A stretch of 63,997 nt of DNA, filler included, from Octopus bimaculoides (taxonomy: Eukaryota), in the NCBI RefSeq assembly GCF_001194135.2. It is 5 parts of 5 records of this genome, joined end to end, with 100 filler letters (N's around TTAATTAATTAA, not from the genome) between each part and the next. Parts side by side here need not be neighbours in the genome. Positions count along the whole stretch, not along the records: positions 1 to 29,325 come from NC_069005.1; positions 29,426 to 54,748 come from NC_068987.1; 3 more parts are not named here. One strand, written 5' to 3'. The first letter of the stretch is position 1. Every line of letters starts with the position of its first letter. A model generated the notes under the pieces. That model did not search any database and was not told the origin of the DNA. It saw nothing but the letters and a program-made list of their open reading frames with translations. A program made the translations under genes and the position numbers. Positions 26,216-40,403 of the stretch are shown here, in pieces.

Positions 26216-27009
26216 TATCGACCTATTTGTCTGTCTGTCAAGGGTTTGAGGTGTGTTGGCAAGTGTAGAGACTCTATGAGCCTGAGGTTGGAGTGTAGAG
26301 TCTGTGACGCTTGAGATTGAAGTGTGTCAGTGAGTGGAATGGCTGTGTGAGCCTGAGTTCAGTTGGAAGAGTAGAGCTGACTCTGTGAGCTTCCGGTTGG
26401 AAATGTATTGGTGAGTGAAGTGACTTTGCGAATCTGAGGTTTGGAGTGGGTGAATGGAGTGACTTTGCATCCGTCAGTTAGTGGTGGTAGTGCTGGTGGG
26501 GCAGCAGGGAGAGAGAGAGTGAGAGAGAGAAAAGGAGAGCGAGAGATACCCTGAGGTAGAAAGAGTGAGGGAATTACTACAAGTTTGACCAATTAGAAGG
26601 AGAAAGTGCAAGCTTGTATTGTCGTTGGTTAACTCTGAATAGCTGTGACTTTTATAATGTTTACAATGACTTTTCCACTAATATTTACCCTAATTTCTTC
26701 AATGATGTTTTCACTGATTTTTACGACAACTTGAAAACGTTTTTCTTTTTTGTTTTCTTCAGTAATTTTTCCAGTGACTTTTACAATGAATATTTGGGAA
26801 GTCTTTTATGATGATATTTACATTGACTTTTTATGCTGACTTTAAGAGTGATTTTTTTTGTTTTTTTTCTTCATGATGGTTATCGTAAATTGTATAGTTG
26901 TTACGGTGATTTTTATGGAAGCCTATATGTGTGTTTGACGAGGTGTAGTGTGGAAGTTTCTATGCGTGTAGGTTTAGCAGGGTGGAATGTGGAAACACAA
27001 ATTTCACAA

Positions 27010-27112
<103 letters not shown>

Positions 27113-27159
27113 AAACTTCCTTACAGTTTCCATCTACCGAATTCACTCACAATGATCTG

Positions 27160-27262
27160 GAGTTTTTGCAGAAAACAGTTTCCCATGGTATGTGCAGTGG
27201 GACTGAACCCGAAACCAGATTGCTGCAGAGGAAGCTTCTTAACCACACAGCCATGCCCCTGC
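27160..27262 (-). mobile_element. SINE family A head
   Basis: gtgggactgaacccgaaacc...gcttcttaaccacacagccatgc. Confidence 0.7.
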
Positions 27263-27632
27263 ATTGCCTCCTCATCTCTCATCCTCCAAAACATCCTCCT
27301 TCACCATCTTTCCATTTTGGTAAACTTAGAGCAGTACCAGGTACATATATTCGTATGCGCAAGCTTGGGTGAAAGGGTCTGTAGAGGTTAAGGGCTGTGC
27401 CTTTCCTGTCCCTTTGTTCTCCTCGTTGGACTTAATAGTTAATAACAAAGAAAGCAATCTTGAACAACCCTCCTTGCCTCCGCATCCCGCCTACATCTCA
27501 TTCCACCCACATAATCTGTCAATCAACGACCGTATCTCATCACATATATCATCTCTGTTGCTGGATCAGGAAGACTGAAAAGTGAATGGAAAGTAAGTGC
27601 GTGTGTGTGTGGGTGTATGTAGATAGACACAC

Positions 27633-27663
<31 letters not shown>

Positions 27664-28151
27664 CACACACACACACACACACGCACTTTACTGATATACT
27701 CAGACATATGAGATACACACATATGCATGGACAGACAGATAGACACACACACACACACATGTATTACTAATATACTCTAACACGTGAGATATACACACAT
27801 ATGTATATACAGACACAGACACACAGTGGCACACATACAAATGCACACACATACACACATACAGATGCATACGGGGACACACAGAGGCATACACACACAC
27901 ACACACACATACACATACAAATGCACAGACAAGCACACACATATGCATACAGATGCACAGACAAGCACACACATACGGAGGCATACACACTCAAACACAC
28001 ACACACTGACTCACATACTCACTGACACACGCTCACCCACTGACACACACACACACATGCACTGAGTGAGATACATTGACATACACACTCACACAGACAT
28101 ACAAGTTCATATGATACACAAGAGCCATTTATTGCTGTTCCTCTCTTTCAC

Positions 28152-28186
<35 letters not shown>

Positions 28187-29325
28187 GCAGTTCCTTTCTT
28201 CTCCAACAACCTCCATCAAATGCCGTTCTTCACATATCTACATACAAACTCCTCTCCCCACCTCTACAACAACCACTTAATGTTTCCCTCTCTCTTTCTC
28301 TCTCACACACACACGTTTCCTCCTCCCACCACCTGTTAATGTCTCTTTAGTCATGTGACATCTGTCCTCGTATTGTCCTTATCTGTGACATTGGTGGGTT
28401 TCACAGGTTTTTGCTTTTTTCGTGATTTTCTTCTAGTCGTAAAAACCCCAGGTGTTGTTGTTGTTGTTGTATTGGTTCTTATTGCTGTGGTGATGGTAGT
28501 TGTGATGGTGGTTGATGTGGTGTTGCTTGTGATAGTGGTGGTTATTGTGGTGATGATGATGATGAAAGATGTTGTTGTTGGTGTTGTAGTGGTTGTGGTG
28601 TGGTTGTTGCATATCACTCTCATTGATTATTGAGAACCATATACGTTTGGGAGAGCAACAGAAGGAGAGGAAGCCAGCTTTGAGTGTCAAAAAGGAGAGC
28701 AAACCTGATGTGGTGAGAGGGGGAAGCAAGTTTGGAATGGCAAGAAGTTGAGCAAACTTGAAGTGGTATAAGAGAGAGTAAATTTGAAATGGCATGAAGG
28801 AGAGTAAGCTGGAACAGAGAAGGAGAGCCAGACTGGAATGGTGAGACGGAGAGAGGTAAATGGGAGAGTTTCTTCTAGAAATCCAACTGTAAGCCATGGT
28901 GTTATGTAATGTCATAATGGTTGTGGTTGGTGTCATTGTTGTGGTTGCAGCATATACCTAGTTGAACTGGTATAGTGGCAGTAAAATTTTCTCGTCTCTG
29001 AGAATCTGGCTGTAGCCATGACTTGTGTTGGTCAGCTACATGCTGTATGGTCAAGACAGATGAGGAAATAGCTTGCAGAGATGGAGACTGAGTGTGGGAC
29101 ACTGCTCAGAGGAGTGGTCAGGACAACCTGAGTAGATACCAAGAAATGGTGGAAGCAACAATGCACTGCAACAGCACATGCCCTCTGCCCCGTCTGACTT
29201 GACTTGTGGTTTTTTTTTTAGTGAGATAAAAGTGATATAAGTAGGATGAAAGTATAGAGGTGATATAGGTGGGGTAAAAGTGATATACATGGAGGAAGCC
29301 TGCCATCTGGTGAAGGAAGTCTGCC

Positions 29326-29425
29326 NNNNNNNNNNNNNNNNNNNNNNNNNNNNNNNNNNNNNNNNNNNNTTAATTAATTAANNNNNNNNNNNNNNNNNNN
29401 NNNNNNNNNNNNNNNNNNNNNNNNN
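29326..29425. other. Artificial assembly join (N44-TTAATTAATTAA-N44)
   Basis: Exactly 44 N, a 12-nt six-frame-stop palindrome at 29370-29381, then 44 N; the same structure occurs four times. Confidence 0.95.
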
Positions 29426-29700
29426 GAAGCCAACCTTCCCATCTCCAACCTGACGTGGTACATGTCAGGCTGGAAATGGGAAGGTTGGCTTCCATTTGAA
29501 AATACTGATAGGGCACAGAAAATGTGTCAATAGCTAGCTGGAGGTGGTGTCCTCTTGGGGCTACAAGCTACAGTAACATCCACCCTTAAGGGTTAGGCAC
29601 GTTTAAGTGGCAAATATACTTCACGATGTAGTGCAGCTACTGTTTATACATCGCTCACAGATTTATTATATATATATGTATATGTGTGTGTGTGTGTGTG

Positions 29701-29734
<34 letters not shown>

Positions 29735-30397
29735 NNNNNNNNNNNNNNNNNNNNNNNNNNNNNNNNNNNNNNNNNNNNNNNNNNNNNNNNNNNNNNNNNN
29801 NNNNNNNNNNNNNNNNNNNNNNNNNNNNNNNNNNNNNNNNNNNNNNNNNNNNNNNNNNNNNNNNNNNNNNNNNNNNNNNNNNNNNNNNNNNNNNNNNNNN
29901 NNNNNNNNNNNNNNNNNNNNNNNNNNNNNNNNNNNNNNNNNNNNNNNNNNNNNNNNNNNNNNNNNNNNNNNNNNNNNNNNNNNNNNNNNNNNNNNNNNNN
30001 NNNNNNNNNNNNNNNNNNNNNNNNNNNNNNNNNNNNNNNNNNNNNNNNNNNNNNNNNNNNNNNNNNNNNNNNNNNNNNNNNNNNNNNNNNNNNNNNNNNN
30101 NNNNNNNNNNNNNNNNNNNNNNNNNNNNNNNNNNNNNNNNNNNNNNNNNNNNNNNNNNNNNNNNNNNNNNNNNNNNNNNNNNNNNNNNNNNNNNNNNNNN
30201 NNNNNNNNNNNNNNNNNNNNNNNNNNNNNNNNNNNNNNNNNNNNNNNNNNNNNNNNNNNNNNNNNNNNNNNNNNNNNNNNNNNNNNNNNNNNNNNNNNNN
30301 NNNNNNNNNNNNNNNNNNNNNNNNNNNNNNNNNNNNNNNNNNNNNNNNNNNNNNNNNNNNNNNNNNNNNNNNNNNNNNNNNNNNNNNNNNNNNNNNN

Positions 30398-30467
<70 letters not shown>

Positions 30468-30756
30468 TGAGAAGTCGCTAGACAGACAAGAGAATTAACA
30501 AAAACGGAAATAGCTATGACCTAGGATGAAAGTCTATCTTGTTTGTATACAAACTTACTTTCTGTTATCTTCCCGATGTTTGAAATATCGGACTAATTAT
30601 CATCATAGAAGACACACTCATACACACACAAACGCATATGCACATATAGGTTTGCTAATGTAGTCTTTTAAAATTTATTTCGTCTATGAATTTCTATGAC
30701 AAGGCTGGAATAGTATGAAGATTATGGCATCAAAGACTTGCCCAATCGCAAGCGTG

Positions 30757-30900
30757 CTATGTTCGATAGTTGGATAGATTAATTGTGGGTACATGCGTAC
30801 TCTGCTCGGATATGACAGGAAACTGGGAAATATTAGTTTCTTGTTGATGTGCTGCACCTTCAAAACACTTTTGAAGATCGTTTCGGGTTAACTTAGATTT
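30757..30900 (-). CDS. Candidate terminal coding exon of an unidentified minus-strand gene
   Basis: Acceptor ttttacatccttattaactctcag, phase 0, KSKLTRNDLQKCFEGAAHQQETNISQFPVISEQSTHVPTINLSNYRT-stop; minus-strand AATAAA about 80 nt after the stop (near 30673-30678). Confidence 0.55.
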   Translation of the reverse strand, partial: KSKLTRNDLQKCFEGAAHQQETNISQFPVISEQSTHVPTINLSNYRT

Positions 30901-31127
30901 CTGAGAGTTAATAAGGATGTAAAATATGAGAAAGCTTAAATTATGTAAGCTAAACACACACACACACGCACAAATACACACGTACACACGTTCGGGTACG
31001 CACACACGGACAGGCCCGCACACACACACAAATGTATATATATATTTATACGTATATATAACATATGTATTTATATACGTATATGTGTGTGTGTGTGTGT
31101 ATGTGTGTGTGCGTGTATATATATATT

Positions 31128-31330
31128 CTCTCTTTTCTCTTTTACTTGCTTCAGTCATTTGACTGCGGCCATGCTGGAGCACCGCCTTTAGTCGAGCAAA
31201 TCGACCCCAGGACTTATTCTTTGTACGTCTAATACTTACTCTATCGTTCTCTTTTGCCGAATCGCTACGTTACGGGGACGTAAACACACCAGCATCGGTC
31301 GGCAAGCGAAGTTGGGAGGACAAACACAGA
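31128..31330 (-). mobile_element. SINE family A 3' module (CpG-intact copy)
   Basis: tcagtcatttgactgcggccatgctggagcaccgcc...gtaaacacaccagcatcgg. Confidence 0.85.
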
Positions 31331-31347
31331 CACACAAACGTATACAC

Positions 31348-31401
<54 letters not shown>

Positions 31402-31885
31402 NNNNNNNNNNNNNNNNNNNNNNNNNNNNNNNNNNNNNNNNNNNNNNNNNNNNNNNNNNNNNNNNNNNNNNNNNNNNNNNNNNNNNNNNNNNNNNNNNNN
31501 NNNNNNNNNNNNNNNNNNNNNNNNNNNNNNNNNNNNNNNNNNNNNNNNNNNNNNNNNNNNNNNNNNNNNNNNNNNNNNNNNNNNNNNNNNNNNNNNNNNN
31601 NNNNNNNNNNNNNNNNNNNNNNNNNNNNNNNNNNNNNNNNNNNNNNNNNNNNNNNNNNNNNNNNNNNNNNNNNNNNNNNNNNNNNNNNNNNNNNNNNNNN
31701 NNNNNNNNNNNNNNNNNNNNNNNNNNNNNNNNNNNNNNNNNNNNNNNNNNNNNNNNNNNNNNNNNNNNNNNNNNNNNNNNNNNNNNNNNNNNNNNNNNNN
31801 NNNNNNNNNNNNNNNNNNNNNNNNNNNNNNNNNNNNNNNNNNNNNNNNNNNNNNNNNNNNNNNNNNNNNNNNNNNNNNNNNNNNN

Positions 31886-31926
<41 letters not shown>

Positions 31927-32792
31927 ATACATATATACATACGTGCACACACACACATATATATGTACACATGAATATTTCTTTATATATATATATCTTT
32001 GTTAGTGAATGTATGTATGTGTGCGTGTGTTTGTACATAGGAGCGAGGAATCTATCAATATGTTAATTAATAGCGGAGCCATGAAAGTACAATAAACCAA
32101 ATTTATGGAAAAGAAAAATTACAAGCGCAAACAACAAAGTCAAACGCATACAGAATATTATAGAAAACTAGAGATTAGGTATATCAATATTAAATGCTGA
32201 AATGAACATCAATAACAAGTAATGAGCATACTAAGAGAAGCTGCCGCCGCAATGAACATATCGCAATTTGCTGTATACTTATAATAAATATCAAAAGAAC
32301 ATAAAAGCCGTCGAATGGAAATTGCATTTCTATATTTCTTGTATGAATAAGAGAAATAAGACGTATTAAAATTAATAAAATGACTAATAGTAGAGCAATA
32401 AAGATTATTGTTGAATAAATAATTACCTAGAGTTTTAACCTCATTTAATACGTTATTCTCATTACTTTTGATTACACGGAATCTTCATCAGTCCATTTAC
32501 CGAACATATTTACTTATTTATTCAGTGACATTTCTGTGGAGAATCAAAAAGGGAATATGCGTGAGATTATGCGTTTAAAATAAATTGTAAGTAATTGATG
32601 TACGCATTCGCACTACTGTAACAGGCGCTGTAAATTAAGAAGGTTTCCAATCAGAGGATGTATATCTGTAGACTTTGATATTGTAGTTGGGCATAGAATT
32701 GCGTTATTGAATTCGTCCTTAGTTAAAACAAGCATTTAGTATATATCAGTAGGTATCTGAAGGCATTACTTGCAAACACTCATTACACATAT

Positions 32793-32837
<45 letters not shown>

Positions 32838-32954
32838 TACATGCATACACACATACATGTGTGTCTGTGTGTGTGTGTGTTCGGTTGAATGCACATGAGT
32901 AAGTACGCATATATGCATGCCTTTCATAGCATGTCACAAAATGAAACGACTTAC

Positions 32955-33074
32955 CTCTTTTCTTCTAATATTTTGTGAGAATTTACCAGCTTGCATATTT
33001 TCTAGGAAGTGTGTTAAGTTAACATTGAGTGAATTGTCTTCCCGGAAGCTGGAGATGCAAGGTATATCAAACAA
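32955..33074 (-). CDS. Candidate internal exon (120 nt, phase 0-0) of the same gene
   Basis: tttcag acceptor and consensus GAG|gtaagt donor; open frame LFDIPCISSFREDNSLNVNLTHFLENMQAGKFSQNIRRKE; splices in frame to 30757-30900. Confidence 0.6.
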
Positions 33075-33999
33075 CTGAAATTCCATTCTTGAAAGATATT
33101 TTCTCACAAAGTTACCGTTTCGCTATACGGTTACTTCAAAAAGACGACTTCGTTTGAGAAAAGCGTTTATTGAAAAGTTATTCCTAAAACTCCCTACACA
33201 TGTAGCACATGCTTACACATACACACACTGACACAAACATACATTCATAAACTAGCACGCATATATACGCATACACATCCCCATAGTAACAGGTTTATAC
33301 ATATAATTGTACACACACACATCCAAACCCACGCAAACCACACACATACACATACACACACAAACACCACATCTCGCAAACACACACATATATTCAATGA
33401 CGTATAGATCAGGTGTCATCTTCAATGCTTTACTGCCGATTGTGAATTCACCCCCTTACCTATATTCTCTGATGCGTGTCAACTTGACACAGTGACAATT
33501 AAGTGACCAGAAGGATTATATCTAAAAAAAATATCAAAGAAATCTATTCTCTCATTTCATCCTTCTATACGCAGTCCAGTAAAATATAAAAATTAACTAA
33601 GTAACAGATTATGATATCACTGATATAACTCGTCACATTTTGATTTTAAATTTTCGTAAAAGATATTTACAATCCATTTGTGATTTTAATTTGAGGTAAA
33701 AATTTGGAAATCAGTTACTTATCTATCGAAAGTGTCAATCTTTAACTTTTTGAATCTACAATTCAAGCGTTTACTGTACACAGTTGTTTTTAAGAGCTTT
33801 AGAGACAAAGAATCTTCTGAAACCTAAAAGAACGGCTTTGGTGGCTTAATAATCTCAGTAGATATTCAGTAAATGAATTTATATTCCGTGTAAGTGCGTA
33901 TGATAATAGTATAGTCCTAGAATCTATGTGAAAAGCTGGTTAGTTTATACTGCGAGGAAGATTTTTTAAAATGGAGTATCACGCTATTAATGCCAACAA

Positions 34000-34600
34000 A
34001 ATCTCGAGTTATATCAAAGAACTGAGTTATTTTAAAACAGAAAATATTTAGCGAAGCTTATATGGTCTACGCACAACGAATTTATTGGTAGTACAAAAGA
34101 ATATAGATGCGTGTCTGCAGAAATTCAAGATCTCCGTTTTGCGGATGAATGCAAATTTGTTTTGGAATAATATAAATTACGTTTCACTTAAACACAACGG
34201 AAATCTCATAGAATTTCTGTACAAGCCATATCTGGAAGAGTTGAATTGTCAAAAATAGAGCAATATATATTAAATTAGATAGAGCAAGCTTCTTTTGATT
34301 GCTTTACTTGCATAATTAGGCTCGTTGCCGACGTCTCAGGATATTTGAAAGAATATCCGTGTGGGTAAAGTTATGTTTCGATGCTTTCTCCTGTGGCAAT
34401 AGTATAGGTATTGTCAAACTCTGCCTTAGCTCTATACACAACGCCTTTAATTAGACAATTACTGTACAAAGGACAACTTTCGGGGACTTTGGAATTGAAT
34501 TTAGGTTCGTCAAAGGTTACGTTAATTTTATTAACAACGTTGATATTGTGCAAGTTGATAAAACATGACCAGCTAGGTCTTCAGTCGAAGATTCTGTGAT
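34000..34600 (-). mobile_element. Penelope-like element, decayed GIY-YIG endonuclease
   Basis: SCPLYSNCLIKGVVYRAKAE..., then ..PLCLSET*FI.. with stops and frameshifts. Confidence 0.6.
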
Positions 34601-34624
34601 GTTTTTGATCACTTGGAAAATGTC

Positions 34625-34679
<55 letters not shown>

Positions 34680-35339
34680 GTGAGCACAGGACGTCACGAA
34701 ACGTGTACAACACAAATGTACGAAGCACGAATACATGGAACATGAACTATTCTTTCGAACAACGAAAGACACAAATGGAAAACAAAACAAGCCATTTAAA
34801 GAACGACCCTTCATCAATTGTTGGTTGCTTTTCTAGTCTCGTATTTCGAGCATTTAACAACAATATACACTTTCGATAAAACAGTTGCTCCTGCAAAGCA
34901 AATTAACTAAAATTTGTGATTTTGGGGAGGGTGCAAAATTGGTAACACAAACAGGACAGTGAAAACAAACAGGAGGGGCTGCTAAGTCTATCCGAGGTTG
35001 TGGTGGCGAACGCGTAAATCAAGCTGGGACAGGAGACAAATATATATATATATATATGTATGTACAAAAACAAACACACACACGCACACACACACACACA
35101 TACAAACACACAAACAAACACACACACAAACACACAAATAAATACACACATGTATGTATGTATATATTAGCGTATCTACATTGAACTAATGATTATGGAT
35201 CTTTTTTCTCCATGTTTGAAGTGCACTTCGATAAATCTTCCGTAAATGAGTTTCCTCAGTATACAATTGAATTTAAATTGGTTGTGGTGGTGTAAAAGTG
35301 AGTATACTGACACAATAAATGTCTACTGTAGGTACATAC

Positions 35340-35416
35340 CTGTAATTCTGTAAGGAGTGCTGGCACAAATTCTGATTGTTGTTTCTGGCCATGGATGATG
35401 CCAAGATTACGAATAC
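35340..35416 (-). CDS. Candidate internal exon (77 nt, phase 1-0)
   Basis: Strong CAG|gtatgt donor; frame xIRNLGIIHGQKQQSEFVPALLTELQ joins 32955-33074 in frame; the acceptor (gtccgcag) has a weak pyrimidine tract. Confidence 0.45.
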
Positions 35417-36701
35417 CTGCGGACTACCCAGGTTCTTCATTGAATAAATATACATATCAGTTTATGTAACTGGAACGCTGAATGACGGAACTGATACGAA
35501 ATACATTTACATGATTTATTAATATATATTCGTATATATGTATCCACGTGCTTGTGCGCATATGCGTCTACATTTTCGTGTATATGTGTGCATCGGTATA
35601 CATGCATACTCACACATGCGTACACACGCACACGCACACAAACATACACATATAAAATGCATGAGTTATTACCTTGTATAGGGATTATTATATTGCGCAA
35701 GAGATTTGTACGTTGAAGTTTCTTTCTCTGATTCACTTCAATATATGCTTGCCTAAATCTACATTAATCATATTGATCTTCTTCTTGAACTTATGACGTA
35801 GCGAAATTAATATCAGCCACAGTATGACACTGCAACGATCAGGCTGAATACCAATGACATTTTACCGAATAGTTTGGATTATACGATCATACATCTCATA
35901 ATTCTTTTACGGAGATCGTTTTTGTATCTAGAATTGCGGCTGTTCTCTACATTACTAATCATATGTCTCAAAGATGGAATTATCAATACGTCACTTTCTT
36001 TTCCTTCTACAGAATATAGACATATTTTCTGATAGATAAAACATTGCGTTACAGGAAATCTCTATTGAACTTAACTACTTCAAAATAAGTTACGTATAAA
36101 AGTTGATATATATTGAAAGCATGGTAGTCTGTTATGAATTCAAACGTATATTTGATAGACAACAAGATCTTGTATAGTTCATATCGATCTACCTTTTCTC
36201 CTACAGCATACAAATAAATGAATATATATAAAATTCGAATAGCCGGGCTTCTTAGGAACGTCCAAAGTCTACATCATGCACTCTATAATTGTTCTCACTC
36301 AGCCTAATCATTTCCAAAATACTTCGACGTAGGTGTGTCAAGAAACTTTGGATACATAAGGCCGGAGTTTAACCCACGTTCCATGGCAATACGTGCCTGA
36401 GATTGCAACACCCACCATGAACGCTACATCAGTCTGTTGCAGGGTTAAATTCCAAGATAATGCTGGAACTCATTTAAAGACGGTGCACTCTATCCACATT
36501 GTATGAATAAAATTTCTCTCATTATATTTCTGTAATATTTGGCGCAGTCAACTTACTAAATCAGTGTACTTCTTCGCTATTATAAGTACAACTGCCACAT
36601 GCTATTTCTTATCAGATCACACAAACTAGATTTTTCATAAAAAAAGGAAAAAAAAAAAGAAAACACTGTACGCGTTTAATTTACTATCTTAATACTATTT
36701 C

Positions 36702-36910
36702 AAGACGGTGAACTGACAGAAACGGTAGCACGTCTAAATGCTTAGCGGTATTTCGTCTGCGTTTATGTTCTGAGTTCAAATTCCGCTGAGGTCGACTTTG
36801 CCTTTCATCTTTTCGGGCTCGATAAATTAACTATTGGTTTCGTACTGGGGTCGTCTAATCAACAAGTCCCCTTCCCCCAAAATTTCGTGCTTTTTGCTTA
36901 GAGTAAAAAA
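36702..36910 (+). mobile_element. SINE family B
   Basis: gacggtgaactgacagaaacggtagcacg...gagttcaaattccgctgaggtcgactttgcc. Confidence 0.85.
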
Positions 36911-38486
36911 TTAAAAAATAGATACTACCATTTCACTGTATGGCGGTCATTCTCCATTTAACCCATTGTTTTTCTGTATATTGACGTTTTCATGCAGCCG
37001 CTCTATTTTCTATTTATATGATATCTGAGAGGCACTGCGATATGACAGTAACATAATAATGGGATCTGATGGAAACTGTATCTCAATATCTCAATACTGT
37101 ATTAAAGTATGGCATGAAACATAGGCGTAAAGAGCAATGACTCAATAGTCCCGGATATTCTTCAAGCCGTGACAAAGTGTCAAACGTAGGCAAAACATTC
37201 TGTATAAATATAACAACCAAATGACTAAATGCTTAAATAGTTGATGAACAATATGAGAAGCATTGCTAAGGAAAATATCACATCATTGGCAAATTAGAGA
37301 GAAGGTACAATGCCTACAATAGAAGCTGGTATATTTTTCACTGCTCTCACCTATTATTAAATACAACATACAAAATTTATGAACAAATATCTAATCATTG
37401 ATAATTAAATATGCATTCCATAGGTGTGGTTAAAGAAGAAATGTTCAGTGAGATGAAGCTGATGAAAAAAATAGCTGGTTTGAAGTGTTAATTAAAATGA
37501 AAATGAAGAAAATGTTTTGGATAAAGGTGTGTCTGAGTATGTGTAACATCCGTAAACAATCATAATATATATAACCGCCTGCGTCATGAAGAAAAGTAAA
37601 ATAGAAATGTTAAACTCTCCGAGAGAATTATACTAAATGGATTGTAGCAAAAACAAACTGAAAAAACGGCAAGACATGAAAGGAAACCCGTTCATAAACG
37701 TAGGAGATAAAAGTATATATATAAGAAATGTGTATTTGCGTATGCGAGGAACGATAGTTTAATGTGAAAGCACAAGCCGAGCCTTTGTCTGTAAAATACT
37801 TTGATTAACTGGGGTCCGATTCACGCTAACTTCATATACATTAACTCTAAGTAGGTTCTTGAAATCTTCATACGTTTCACTTATCACGTGTTAAATATTA
37901 TATTAATATAACCACGAATACACAGCTACAAATTTCGGTCATATTCATTTGATAAAATAGACGTATTATATATCAAACTCCTCAAAATATCAACAAATTA
38001 TTTTTCCTATTGAAAATTGTCGCGAAAAAAATTAGAGAAGATATAAAATAAAAAAAAAATGTGGAAGCTAAAGCAGCAAAATAATCCCAGGATATAATTA
38101 AATAAAATAATCACTGTCCTTTCAGCTAAAGATGTTGCTAAAATTGATGTTGTATAGCAATTTCGGAAATTCATGGCAAATTACACAATTGTTCACGTCA
38201 GCAATTTTTCTTATCTCTCTACTTGGTTTATGACGGTTTGTTTTTGTTGCGTCTTTCCCTTTCCGTTGTTCTTTCTTTTAAGTTGTATATCAGTGAGGAC
38301 GATAAGATGATGGTGGTCATGATGAGGATGCTGAGGATGATGATGATGATGATGATGCCTGTTTACATCTTCATAGGACAAATAAGCATTTTTATGTCTC
38401 CTTTTCTCTCACTGTTCACCATTCGCTTCATTCAATTTTTTCTCCTAATATGTATATATGTGTATGTGTGTGTGTGNNNNNNNNNN

Positions 38487-38524
<38 letters not shown>

Positions 38525-38676
38525 TTGAGAGAGGAAGAGAGAAAGAGTTAGAAAGATAGATAGATAGATAAACAGAGAGGTATAAAGATATAGAGACAGA
38601 TAAGAGATAGATATGTGTGTTTGTTTGTGTTTGCGTGTCTATGTGTATATATAGCTATATATATGTATACGTATGC

Positions 38677-38730
<54 letters not shown>

Positions 38731-39520
38731 NNNNNNNNNNNNNNNNNNNNNNNNNNNNNNNNNNNNNNNNNNNNNNNNNNNNNNNNNNNNNNNNNNNNNN
38801 NNNNNNNNNNNNNNNNNNNNNNNNNNNNNNNNNNNNNNNNNNNNNNNNNNNNNNNNNNNNNNNNNNNNNNNNNNNNNNNNNNNNNNNNNNNNNNNNNNNN
38901 NNNNNNNNNNNNNNNNNNNNNNNNNNNNNNNNNNNNNNNNNNNNNNNNNNNNNNNNNNNNNNNNNNNNNNNNNNNNNNNNNNNNNNNNNNNNNNNNNNNN
39001 TTTGCGTGTATTTGTGCATATCTTTATGAAAGTATTTGTACGCATACTTTTGGTATTTTTTTGTCCCTGGCGCTCTTTATCAATCTCTAAAATTACTTCC
39101 CGAAATTACATTCATTACTCCATTACGATTCATTATTCTCTGCTATGTTTACATTTACTAATATTTTTTCTGGCATCGTAATATATGATTTTCAGTTTAA
39201 CCCTTAACTTACAATAATTTTGCTTATTTTCGCTCCGTGATTCTTTCTCTTCTTCTCTTCCGGTTTTACTTGATCTATTTTTTTTTCTTTTATATTTTCT
39301 GTCTTCTTAATTTGTTTGTCTTTCTTCTCTGTAATTATTTATCACTCTTATATATTTAGGTATTATATAAATCTTTTATTTCTATGTCTGTGTCTCTCGT
39401 TCGTTTGTAATTTGTCTGAGCGGAATTATCGTTCAAGGCCTACGGGAATAACAGTTTTGTTCAGAAGCTTTTAAGACTGTAACGTAGGATAATAACAACA
39501 ACAACAACAACAACAACAAC

Positions 39521-39563
<43 letters not shown>

Positions 39564-39889
39564 TTTTGTTGATAATGTTGGTAATGATTCCTTTATTAAC
39601 TGCTAAGTGTTTACAAACATATCCAGGATGATACATAATAATTCAATGCAATATATGATGCTGGGTTTCTTGAAGGCGTGAAAACAGTAAAAATAGCGTA
39701 AACAAGCAAGCAAAAAGTATAAACAAAAATAATTCACTCAAAAGAGTTGAGACATTCGACAGTTTCGCCATGGAAATTTCACAAAATTAGATTCACCTTA
39801 AATACTAGAAGATAGAAATCCTTCGGAACTTATTCCCTCAAACTACCACTGCCTGCTCAGAGCAGGCCCCTTTGCTTGGTGCATCCTTG

Positions 39890-40060
39890 CTATTTTCACA
39901 GATTTTCTGGAAGGAAACATCCGTTTTCATCCTCAATTTTCTTTCCAAGTGTAACTTGTAAAAGTTGATGAGACTTTAAGACACTCAGTTTTTGGACATC
40001 ACTGTGTCTCCTCACTCTAAACTAACATGGACTAATGATAATAACAAAAGTCTGTCTTTT
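39890..40060 (+). mobile_element. Possible Penelope-like RT remnant
   Basis: FLEGNIRFHPQFSF and, after a frameshift, QFLDITV, resembling LN..HP.I.FT.E....FLD. Confidence 0.35.
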
Positions 40061-40097
40061 GGTTATAAATTTATCAACATATTTTCTGATACCGCTT

Positions 40098-40403
40098 TAC
40101 GAGGTGGTTTCAAAAGTTACCCGTAGTCGTTCTGTGGTGCGCCAACAAATCACAGCACACGATATCATGCACACCGTGTGCTAGCAGTCATCTTCATGAC
40201 TTCATGAGGCAGGGTGTCGAGTGATATTGTTGTGTTTACTTCGAACGTTGTGAAATTTGTTTTTGTGAACACGTGTATGTTGTATTCTACGATTTCGTCA
40301 TGGACAAGAACATACAGCCAACGTAAAATATTGCGTTAAACTTGGGAAGTCTGCTACAGAGACATTGAACATGCTTCGGTAAGCTTACAGCAGCGTGGTA
40401 ATG
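40098..40403 (+). mobile_element. Mariner 5' end (TIR plus transposase N-terminus)
   Basis: TA-CGAGGTGGTTTCAAAAG; ANVKYCVKLGKSATETLNMLR*AY matches the mariner HTH start. Confidence 0.75.
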
